DNA of 38,356 nucleotides from Eledone cirrhosa (taxonomy: Eukaryota), in contig CAXHJY010001224.1 of the NCBI GenBank assembly GCA_964016885.1, positions 1 through 38,356 on the forward strand, written 5' to 3'. Position 1 is the first letter of the stretch, and every line of letters begins with the position of its first letter. Both the position numbers and the translations under genes were made by a program. This document shows positions 1-14,500 of this stretch, piece after piece. Below the pieces are notes generated by a model. It saw only the letters and a list, made by a program, of their open reading frames with translations. It ran no database searches and was not told the origin of the DNA.

Positions 1-585
1 CATATTTGTGATCCTTAAGAGAGAATTTAGGCGTCAGAGGGACGTACGGGTTAGTGTACTTTTCTATTTCTAAGCTGGTGACTATATCCTTCCCTACTCT
101 ATTTATGTCATTTAGGGTACTAGAGTGGTCTTTTTGTAGTCTTTGTGTAGTTCCTTATAGATGAATTTGTTATACTCACTCGCGTCCATCTTGTACAGCT
201 TTTTGGTTTTGTCGGAGGTGACGAAGAGGTGCGGGACATTCTTGATCTTAGTTATTAGTGTATCAAGGGACGTTAAGAATGGATTGTTGCATTGGTGTTT
301 CTTTCTGAGCTTAACGTTTTTGATCATTTTCAGCAGGTCCTCTTCAAAGGAGTCCAGTAAGGTGTAGTGCGGTGGGTTTCGGTATGTTTTGAAACCATAC
401 CTCTCTTTGGGTTCAGGAAGGTTACGGGTGTTCTTATCCAGGTGGTATGCCTTCCATCTGACTCACCGTATAAACGAATTAGTAGCGTCCATAGCAGTTT
501 AAGGTAGGTTTTTCTGGTGGGTAAGGGGATACACTTGAGAGACATGGGTAACGGTTGGTTCTCCAAGATAATGGCAAATAAGGTG
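1..585 (-). mobile_element. Decayed Penelope-like element (Naiad-type), N-terminal part of the ORF, running off the left edge
   Basis: Frameshifted minus-strand peptide [18 protein letters not shown]...RRVRWKAY...[11 protein letters not shown]...[13 protein letters not shown]...LFVTSDKTKKLYKM..YNKFIYKELHKDYKK. It is homologous to the peptide at 37200-37480, which leads into a PLE RT. The Naiad assignment comes from recalled motifs. Confidence 0.75.
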
Positions 586-594
586 ATATATATG

Positions 595-654
<60 letters not shown>

Positions 655-667
655 TATATAAATATAC

Positions 668-698
<31 letters not shown>

Positions 699-721
699 CA
701 TATATATATATACATATATAC

Positions 722-754
<33 letters not shown>

Positions 755-763
755 CATATATAC

Positions 764-794
<31 letters not shown>

Positions 795-795
<1 letters not shown>

Positions 796-856
796 TTCGT
801 TTCTGAATTTGTTTAGCAAGATTCTTTATCTGAAATGACCCTCCCAAAGTATAACA

Positions 857-860
<4 letters not shown>
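795..860. mobile_element. 66-bp PLE 5'-ORF fragment with an internal inversion
   Basis: 835-860 (+) encodes MTLPKYNNI and 795-834 (-) encodes [14 protein letters not shown]. Both match the start of ORF 17895..18125 (MTLPKYNNI...FHIKNLAKLIHRRY). Confidence 0.7.
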
Positions 861-3372
<2,512 letters not shown>

Positions 3373-5677
3373 ATGTCCATCCGTTTGACGCTATGGATTT
3401 CCACAATGCAAACTGGGAAGCGATCAGTCATGATCTTCCACATGTCGACTGGTCCTTCACGCACACTCATACACCCACTAACATCAAAAAGTCCTGGCAG
3501 ACATTTGTGGACACTGTTACAAACATATGTGCTAAACACACCCCATTAAGAACTATAAACAAATCTATGAGCAGAATCCCTAGAAATAGAAAAACGCTCA
3601 TCAGAAAAATTAAGAGAACGAACAAAAAAATCAAGAAGCTGAAATACTGTCAGCAGCAACACATCAACTTGACTGCCATTTCATCACTAGAGATTAAAAA
3701 ACATAACATCCAAAACAACATAATGTCCCTCATCAACAATCAGAGAAGAGCTGAAGAGGCCTGGGCCATTGAGAAGATCAAACTCAATCCCAAAGTGTTC
3801 TTTTCATTTGCAAAAAAACACAAAATCACTGGCTCTACTGTTGGCCCTCTAATTGATGAAAATGGCACTCTTCAAGACAATGCTAAAACCATGGGTGAGA
3901 TACTGCAGAAACAATACTGCTCTGTTTTCAGCAATCCTGATATGGCCGATCTGGGCTGTATCGGCGATGTTACTCCCCATTACACCTTATCGGACATAAC
4001 GTTTGGCGCCCCTGATGTCTTGGCGGCAATAAAGGAAATCAAGCATAATTCAGCAGTAGGTCCCGATAGGTTCCCTGCTTGTGTCTTGAAGGCGTGTCAA
4101 CACCAACTTGCATCTCCTCTTGCCAATCTGTGGCGGAACTCACTGGATGCTGGATATGTGCCAGAAAACCTTCTATCCCAGTCTGTTGTCCCAGTTTTCA
4201 AAAAGGGAAACAAATCCCTTGCCGTGAATTACCGTCCAATCTCACTCACCTCTCATATCATTAAGGTATTTGAGCGAGTGGTGAGATCGCGAATGACCCA
4301 CTTCCTTGAGAGTAACAATATGCTGAACTCCAACCAGCATGGATTCCGTAATGGAAGGGATTGCCTGACGCAGCTACTGCATCACTTTGATGACATTTTG
4401 AGAGCCTTGGGAGAGGGTTCCAACACTGATGTTATCTACCTTGATTTCAGCAAGGCCTTTGACAGGGTTGATCATAACATTCTACTGAGAAAGCTGTCCA
4501 ATATTGGTGTCACTGGAAAGCTGCTGCAGTGGATCAAGAGCTTCCTGTCAAACAGAACCCAACATGTTGTAGTTGAGGGAGTCAAATCAAGCCCAGCCAA
4601 AGTCAGTAGTGGGGTCCCACAAGGCACTGTGTTGGGCCCACTTCTCTTCATCATCTATATTAATGACATCACTGACATCATCAAACACAGCAACATTAAA
4701 ATTTTCGCTGATGATTCCAAGCTCCAAAAGGTCATCAATGGCGTGGATGACCGGATAAGCCTTCAGTCAGACCTACTGGCTGTTACCCAATGGGCAGAAA
4801 AGAACAACATGTTACTGAACGAAGACAAATTCGAACTGATCCACTTTGGAAAAGAGGATGCTCTGAAACTCCCGTACTCCCTTCCCCCGGGGAAACTCTC
4901 GTGGCATCTAACAACATCAGAGACTTGGGAGTAACCGTGGACAGCAACATAAGCTGGACCACGCATATAAGCAGCAAAGTTGACATGGCCCGCAGAATGT
5001 GTTCCTGGATCCTCAGAACCTTCCAGTCGAGAGATTCCCGCACCATTATCCTTCTCTTCTCTACTTTCGCCCGACCACACCTTGAATACTGTTGTCCACT
5101 GTGGTCTCCCCACACGAAACAAAGTATCATGAAACTTGAAGCTCCTCAAAGGGCAATCACGAAAAAGATAGATGGCATGTCAGACCTTGACTACTGGGGT
5201 CGATTAGAAAACCTGAAACTTTACTCACTCCAACGTCGCCGTGAGCGTTATATTATCTGCATGATGTGGAAAATGTTCCATCATCACTGCCCAAATGATG
5301 TTGGCATCGCCTTCAAGATACACCCAAGGCTTGGGACCCGTGCTATCCGTCCCATTCAAAAATCTAAATCGCAACTCATAACAACAATACGGCACAATTA
5401 TTTCACCTCAATCGGCCCTGCTCTCTTCAACATCACACCAGGACACGTCAAAACAGAAACTGGCCACACAAAATTCAAGAAGTCTTTGGACAAATTCCTC
5501 CAAGTAATCCCGGACAAACCACCCACACCCGGATATGTCTCCGCAAACAGTAATTCTCTTCTCGAATGGGCCATGGTGCCCAAATGCTGAATTGAAAGAC
5601 TTCGCCAGGTGGTGCTATTAAGTTAGACATGGCCTGGGCCAATACTGGCCAAAACATTTCAAAGTTATTCAAAGTTA
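3373..5677 (+). mobile_element. 5'-truncated CR1-group (CR1/Crack/Daphne-like) non-LTR retrotransposon
   Basis: RT motifs [40 protein letters not shown]; C-terminus YSLQRRRERY...[14 protein letters not shown]; short 3' UTR ending in the repeat TTCAAAGTTA. No endonuclease domain is present. Confidence 0.9.
3393..5590 (+). pseudogene. LINE ORF2 reverse transcriptase, truncated, one frameshift near 4885
   Basis: ORFs 3393..4934 and 4790..5590 join at LPYSLP / [15 protein letters not shown] across the run CCCCCGGGG. Confidence 0.85.
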
Positions 5678-6357
<680 letters not shown>

Positions 6358-7010
6358 TGGATGCATTCATGTATATGTGTGTGTCCGCATGTATCTGTGT
6401 GTTTCTAAATATATTGTTAATAACTCCCTCTGGTCGAGTAATCTTTGAAGTGTGGTGACTGCTGGAAAGCTGCCATTACTCATACTTCTCGCCTCCTTCA
6501 CCACCACTTCTACGGCTTCGATATAAATACCCCCTCCGCCTCCGTGGTATTTTCTTCGGGGTTATTAGAGGCTTAGCTCTGTTTCTCGACCGTTATATCG
6601 CGTGACTATCTCCCCCTCCGCCTTTTGGGATTCTTTCTCACGTCGTGTAGACGCGTTCTTGAGGCTAGTAAAATGAGGTATCCTCTTGATAAGTCGGCAG
6701 ACCTCGCAAGGACTCTATATCTTTATGATGTATTGTTTTTCTTTATGCCACGAAACTACGTAGTCGAGGAATCTAGGAGCAGTTTAGGTATGATACATTT
6801 TATTACTAATTATATCTAAATGTTCCTTCTCTCTTCATAATGTATTTTTAACTCTGATACTGGTTCAGTCTGGTTCAACCGGATTGGTCTGTCCCAGTCA
6901 TTCATTGAGCAACATCGGTGAGGTTGGCACCCTTAACTCACGGTTGGGTGTGGATGCATTCATGTATATGTGTGTGTCCGCATGTATCTGTGTGTTTCTA
7001 AATATACTGT

Positions 7011-7012
<2 letters not shown>
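6358..7012 (+). mobile_element. 593-bp non-coding unit with ~62-bp terminal redundancy (retrozyme/pLTR-like monomer)
   Basis: TGGATGCATTCATG...AAATATAYTGTTA is repeated directly at 6358-6419 and 6951-7012; the unit contains a hammerhead motif. Confidence 0.7.
6681..6770 (+). ncRNA. Type I hammerhead ribozyme, U3-A8 core variant, long loop II
   Basis: Stem I TCCTC/GAGGA; core TTGATAA; stem II GT(C)GGCA/TGCCAC; GAA; palindromic helix III ACTACGTAGT; GUC site at 6763-6765. Confidence 0.75.
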
Positions 7013-7052
<40 letters not shown>

Positions 7053-7320
7053 TATACATATATATATATACATATACATATACATATGTATATATATATA
7101 TATATATATACATATACATAGTATTAGTTATACTATTTATGGTTATGTAAACACAAAACCTTAAGCAGTTGTAAGTATTTTACACACACCCTAAATAGTG
7201 GTAGGCAGTAATGTATTACTACCTTATTACCAGTAAGTTAAGTAGCTCAATGTAAAAACATCAGATGATTTACAGAGCAGTTATATGAAATATAAGAATC
7301 AAAGAACTGTTCAAAACATT

Positions 7321-7373
7321 ATTGTGCTTACAGCTGTTTCCTCCAAACCGAGGTTTGGATTCTTCGGAGCAAT
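7321..7373 (-). ncRNA. Type I hammerhead-like motif (CCGAAGA core variant), copy 1
   Basis: Minus strand reads TGCT-CCGAAGA-A-TCCAAACC-TC-GGTTTGGA-G-GAA-ACAGCTGT-A-AGCA; palindromic helix III; GUA site. Confidence 0.65.
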
Positions 7374-8590
7374 TTATTAATGCATGGACAGTTATATGAC
7401 CTCCTTTTCAGCCGAGAGACATACCAATACATATTCAAACATTGATACATATTCAAACATTGTGGGTCAACATTCATTACAGAATTTAGAGTGGCAGTAC
7501 ACACTTCGAGATTACATTTATATTAATAGGTACAGTCAAAAATCAAAGATATAGGTTAAAGTACAACATGAAGATAAGTGGTTATATAGTGCAAATGTTA
7601 TATCTGTGGCACGCATGTGCGTCTTGTTTATATAGTGTGGCAGAGAGATATGTGTGGTAGAGGCACTTAGGTAGGTAAATAAGAGTGTTAGGTTGGTAGA
7701 TCTGGTGGCAAAATCTTTATATGATTGATATAGTCTGTGTGTGGAGAAATATTATAAGCATTAAAGATAGTGCAAGCATTAAAAGTGTTATAAATATTGG
7801 AGATGCACAGCGCAGGGATGTCAAGTAATTCATGTACTTCGGCATTTTCATGGTCAAGGGAGTGTATATTTCGATTATTAATTTAGGGTCTATATTGGGA
7901 CACATTTTAATGGCTAGATATAGAAACCCCAGAGTTACCTCCCCGCATGCATTAACTCCCCTTAGCCACACACACACTTCCGGTATTCAATGGCGTTTCT
8001 CGAAACGTAACAACCTCCTGTATCGAACTAAAGAACACCAGACTACGATCTCTAACTGGATTGTCGTGGATTATGTGAAAGGCATATAATCGAAATATAC
8101 ACTCCCTTGACCATGAAAATGCCGAAGTACATGAATTACTTGACATCCCTGCGCTGTGCATCTCCAATATTTATAACACTTTTAATGCTTGCACTATCTT
8201 TAATGCTTATAATATTTCTCCACACACAGACTATATCAATCATATAAAGATTTTGCCACCAGATCTACCAACCTAACACTCTTATTTACCTACCTAAGTG
8301 CCTCTACCACACATATCTCTCTGCCACACTATATAAACAAGACGCACATGCGTGCCACACATATAACATTTGCACTATATAACCACTTATCTTCATGTTG
8401 TACTTTAACCTATATCTTTGATTTTTGATTGTACCTATTAATATAAATGTAATCTCGAAGTGTGTACTGCCACTCTAAATTCTGTAATGAATGTTGACCC
8501 ACAATGTTTGAATATGTATCAATGTTTGAATATGTATTGGTATGTCTCTCGGCTGAAAAGGAGGTCATATAACTGTCCATGCATTAATAA

Positions 8591-8643
8591 ATTGCTCCGA
8601 AGAATCCAAACCTCGGTTTGAAGGAAACAGCTGTAAGCACAAT
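8591..8643 (+). ncRNA. Type I hammerhead-like motif, inverted copy 2
   Basis: Same motif on the plus strand with one G>A change in stem II (TTTGAAG). Confidence 0.6.
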
Positions 8644-8682
8644 AATGTTTTGAACAGTTCTTTGATTCTTATATTTCATATA

Positions 8683-9475
<793 letters not shown>

Positions 9476-9513
9476 ATATGAAATATAAGAATCAAAGAAC
9501 TGTTCAAAACATT

Positions 9514-9566
9514 ATTGTGCTTACAGCTGTTTCCTCCAAACCGAGGTTTGGATTCTTCGGAGCAAT
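9514..9566 (-). ncRNA. Type I hammerhead-like motif, copy 3
   Basis: Identical to 7321-7373. Confidence 0.65.
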
Positions 9567-10749
9567 TTATTAATGCATGGACAGTTATATGACCTCCTTT
9601 TCAGCCGAGAGACATACCAATACATATTCAAACATTGATACATATTCAAACATTGTGGGTCAACATTCATTACAAAATTTAGAGTGGCAGTACACACTTC
9701 GAGATTACATTTATATTAATAGGTACAATCAAAAATCAAAGATATAGGTTAAAGTACAACATGAAGATAAGTGGTTATATAGTGCAAATGTTATATGTGT
9801 GGCACGCATGTGCGTCTTGTTTATATAGTGTGGCAGAGAGATATGTGTGGTAGAGGCACTTAGGTAGGTAAATAAGAGTGTTAGGTTGGTAGATCTGGTG
9901 GCAAAGTCTTTATATGATTGATGTAGTCTGTGTGTGGAGAAATATTATAAGTATTAAAGATAGTGCAAGCATTAAAAGTCTTATAAGTATTGGAGATGCA
10001 CAACGCAGGGATGTCAAGTAATTCATGTACTTCGGCATTTTCATGGTCAAGGGAGTGTATATTTCGATTATATGCCTTTCACATAATCCACGACAATCCA
10101 GTTAGAGATCGTAGTCTGGTGTTCTTTAGTTCGATACAGGAGGTTGTTACGTTTCGAGAGACGCCATTGAATACCGGAAGTGTGTGTGTGGCTAAGGGGA
10201 GTTAATGCATGCGGGGAGGTAACTCTGGGGTTTCTATATCTAGCCATTAAAATGTGTCCCAATATGGACCCTAAATTCTATGGTGAGGTGCACCTTCCAA
10301 GAGAGACTTTTAAAGCATAAAGTGCACTAACTATAGAGTAGTTTAACTAAATTATGCTGAAGGTGATCATATTATTATTAAGGTGGATTAACCCATCTTA
10401 AGGTGCTACAAATGGAAATTATAGATGATGAGCGAGGATTCTAAATTAATGATCTCTGTGGTTGTAGTCTGCTCATATGACCAGGCGCGGTGATTGCAGG
10501 ATTGCTTCAGGACCCAATGATCTCTGGTAAGATCTGGGTCATCGCTTGCTACATTGGATGTCGAAAGATAATCGTCCCCAGGCAGGCCAAAGGGTGTGTG
10601 TAAAATACTTACAACTGCTTAAGGTTTTGTGTTTACATAACCATAAATAGTATAACTAATACCTATATATATATATCTATACATATATATATATATATAT
10701 ATACATATATAGTTTTAATATAGAATATATATAATTACATATATATACA

Positions 10750-10783
<34 letters not shown>

Positions 10784-10882
10784 ATTACATATATATATAA
10801 TTATATATAAATACATATATATACATATATATATACATATATATATACATATATATATATACATATATATATATACATATAC

Positions 10883-10915
<33 letters not shown>

Positions 10916-11102
10916 CATATATATATTTACATATATATATACATATATATATATACATATATAAATATACATATACATATATATATATACATATATATAT
11001 ATACATATATATATACATATACATATATATATATACATATATATACATATATATATATACACACACACACACATATATATATTTTTATATAAACTCGACG
11101 GT

Positions 11103-11414
11103 GGAAGGTGCAGGGCATTTGGGTCTGGTGTTCGGCTTTCAATCGTAAGGTTTCCGGGGGCATGTATTCTGTGAGCATGACATTTTATTTCATATTGCTC
11201 CAGTCTATTCTGCTGGAACAAATTAAGTTGAATTTCTAACTCAAAGAGCCATCGTTGCTACACGCTGTGTCACACTGAATCTCTCTGTGAAATACGTTAA
11301 CGTTATACGTTTCTCTGGGATATTCAACCACTTACAAGTGCACTTCACAAATTGGCGATTCGGTTCGTCAAACATCTGGAAAACACGTCGTCGGAACCGA
11401 CGGATGTCCAACAA
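11103..11414 (+). mobile_element. Old, diverged tRNA-derived SINE
   Basis: Degenerate tRNA-like head followed by a body (TTTCATATTGCTCCAGTC...CTGTGTCACACTGAATCTC...CGTCGTCGGAACCGACGGA) that resembles, from memory, an abundant octopus SINE. Confidence 0.6.
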
Positions 11415-11480
11415 GCCGAGCATCTGTAGTTTTCGTATACTAAATTACACACAAAAGGCATTGTTCAACTCAAGACTATA

Positions 11481-11575
11481 TAAGACACTTGTTGAAGGTG
11501 CCAGGTAACGGCACTGAACCCAGAACCACTTCACTGCAATACAAACTCTTTCACCACTCAACCATGCGTGCGCCC
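11481..11575 (-). mobile_element. tRNA-derived SINE head fragment
   Basis: Reverse complement reads GGCGCACGCATGGTTGAGTGGTGAAAGAG...GGGTTCAGTGCC...GCACCTTCAACAAGTGTCTT, with A-box-like and B-box-like segments. Confidence 0.6.
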
Positions 11576-11984
11576 TGATTAGATATAAAATAGCAAGGAG
11601 CTTAAAATTTGCTGGCTAATATTAAAAGACCATTTAAGATGTATTTCAAGGCGTGCTTTCTGCATTGCAACGTGACCAAGTTCAACCAAATGTTGTCACT
11701 CCAGTCGTCGTAGTTGTTGTTTCTTCTTTTGCTTCAACAATTTAATACAATTTATAAATGTTCACTTCGCCCTTCACAAACCAATGCTTTTTCATTTTTC
11801 ATTCTCACAGCTAAATACACCAACATTGCTACATGGCTTCGACATTATCAGTAATAGGATAACTCACGAATCCACCATCTTGTTTGATCTCTTGACATGG
11901 AAAACGTGCTTTGCTCGACATTGTGACAAAGAAATTGAAGAAATGATTTATTTAATCGATATTTGAGAACGAAAATTTATTTTT

Positions 11985-12025
<41 letters not shown>

Positions 12026-12214
12026 TAAAATTATTATTTTGTCGTTGAATTGCATGGAATATATTAAAATATTCAGTGGTGTTTGTTTTTGTTACAGACG
12101 CTAAAATATATTGATTAAAATGAAAATCGAGGCTTCTTTGATATATGATTCGTGGACCAATGATCACGAATTTATCGGAGTGTTATGCAATATAAGATAA
12201 AGAACCATGATCAT

Positions 12215-12299
12215 GATATGTATATGTATGTGTAAGTATATATATATATGTATATGTATATGTATGTGTGTACATATATGTATATAATTATATATTTGT

Positions 12300-12367
<68 letters not shown>

Positions 12368-12551
12368 TATACATATATACACACACACACACACATATAT
12401 ATATATACACACACACATATATATATATATACACACACATATATATATACACACACACATATATATATATACACACACACACATATATATATATATACAC
12501 ACACACACATATATATATATGTATATATATAAGTATGTATATTTATGTATG

Positions 12552-12588
<37 letters not shown>
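12215..12588. repeat. Compound (TA)n/(CA)n microsatellite
   Basis: Alternating TATATA and CACACA runs. Confidence 0.95.
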
Positions 12589-12589
<1 letters not shown>

Positions 12590-12848
12590 ACATGCTTCTA
12601 TATTAAAAAATATGATTAACTTTATATCGTAAGGATCGGCGACACATTAGATTTGTCAAAAAGTTCCTAGACAGAGACAAAAAGCTATAAAACTATCAAA
12701 GCTCAGAACAGATCGTAAGCAGGGAATACAGCTATGTATACGCAAAACATAAATGTTCAATAATGGCCTTTTTTCATAGACCATATTCAAGTCTACCGCA
12801 TATGCTACAATATATATATATATATATTATATATATATATATAAATAT

Positions 12849-12878
<30 letters not shown>

Positions 12879-12881
<3 letters not shown>

Positions 12882-13753
12882 TGAAAAAGTTTGTCCTCAT
12901 CAGTGGCCATCCAACCGTCGTAGGCATTTCGTCGCATTAGAGGCCATATACCTCAGGTTGGTGCGAGCAACGGCTAAAAAAAAGTCGTTGGGACACGTAA
13001 ATAAGGGGCACGCTAGGGTAACCGAACAAAATGGTTTAAGCAGCAGAAAGTAATGAAGAAGGAAACAAGTCCCAGATTTCTATGAATATAAATTCGGTGA
13101 AATCGTGAACGAGAGAATAAAGACCATCAAACCTGGTTGAAATGTGAGCAAGGAAGGAATTTCGCACAGGTCTAACGGGAGGAAGAAGGGGTCTGGTCTG
13201 CGAATTCGGTAAACATAAGTTCTGTGAAGTCGCAGACGAGAGAGAGAAAAAAAAATTCATACCGGCTTGGCCAAGTGCCCGCGAGAAAAGGAATACGGAC
13301 AGGTCAAACGGGAAGAAAGGGGAGGAGGAGAGGTAGTGACAGAGAGTGAGTGAATGAAAGGTGAGGAAGAGGCTAACAGAGAGAGAGACTGCTAGAAAGG
13401 GTAAAGACACAAAGAACGAAACAGACTGGTGGCAGCAGAGGAAAAATATATATGTAAATATGATAATAATGGAGCTGCGGCGCTGCAAATGGGTTACATA
13501 TGAAAAAGTTTGTCCTCATCAGTGGCCATCCAACCGTCGTAGGCATTTCGTTGCATTAGAGGCCATATACCTCAGGTTGGTGCGAGCAACGGCTTAAAAA
13601 AAGTCGTTGGGACACGTAAATAAGGGGGACGCTAGGGTAAACGAACAAAATGATTTAAGCAGCAGAAAGTAATGAAGAAAGAAACAAGTCCCAGATTTCT
13701 ATGAATATAAATTCGGTGAAATCGTGAACGAGAGAATAAAGACCATCAAACCT
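12879..13753 (-). repeat. Partial tandem repeat, 619-bp unit, about 1.4 copies
   Basis: ATGAAAAAGTTTGTCC starts at 12881 and 13500; the second copy ends at GACCATCAAACCT (13753). Confidence 0.9.
12896..12961 (-). ncRNA. Candidate hammerhead with permuted strand order (second copy at 13515-13580)
   Basis: Minus strand: CCAACC-TG-AGGTAT-A-TGGCC-TCTAATGCGA-C-GAA-ATGCCT-ACGAC-GGTTGG-AT-GGCCA-CTGATGA-G. All core nucleotides, stem I (TGGCC/GGCCA) and stem III (AGGTAT/ATGCCT) are present; stem II is only 1 bp. Confidence 0.45.
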
Positions 13754-13809
13754 ATATATATATAAATATATATAAATATATATATAAATATATATAAATG
13801 TATATATAA

Positions 13810-13860
<51 letters not shown>

Positions 13861-13959
13861 AATAAATATATATATAAATATATATATAAATATATATATA
13901 AATATATATATAAATATATATAAATATATATATAAATATGTATCTAAATATATATATAA

Positions 13960-14002
<43 letters not shown>

Positions 14003-14278
14003 TATATATAAATAAATATATATATAAATATATATATAAATAAATATATATATATATAAATATATATATATATAAATATATATATTATATAAATATATAT
14101 ATATATAAATATATATATAAATAAATATATATATATATAAATATATAAATATATATATAAATAAATATATATATATATAAATATATATATATATAAATAT
14201 ATATATATATAAATATATATATATATAAATATATATATAAATATATATATATATAAATATATATATAAATAAATATAT
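13754..14278. repeat. (TA)n microsatellite with TAAA variants
   Basis: TATATATAAA units, pure A/T apart from a few bases. Confidence 0.95.
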
Positions 14279-14404
14279 GTAGGAGGTGAGTTTTATTGTA
14301 GTACAATAAAGCAATGCAGATATCGGATAAGAAGCACTCTACAGTTTGTGGGACTGGAGTATGCATAATATAAGATCAAAAGATGGTTAAAGGAGTTCCA
14401 TATA

Positions 14405-14471
14405 TTTTATTATGCGCATTTCAAAAACAAACATCATCAAGCAATAATATTTGTGTTTTCATCAGATAAAA
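14405..14471 (-). ncRNA. Type I hammerhead ribozyme, canonical core
   Basis: Stem I TTTTAT/ATAAAA; CTGATGA; ~15-bp stem II AAACACAAATATTATT/GATGATGTTTGTTTTT with G-U wobbles only on this strand; GAA; palindromic helix III ATGCGCAT; AUA site. Confidence 0.85.
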
Positions 14472-14500
14472 CAGGAGAACATGATATGAAGGCTAAAAAA

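Noticed and set aside
13048-13075. ATGAAGA-AG-GAAAC-AA-GTC as a minimal plus-strand hammerhead
   Set aside because: No C3/U3, no stem I pairing, and helix III is not palindromic.
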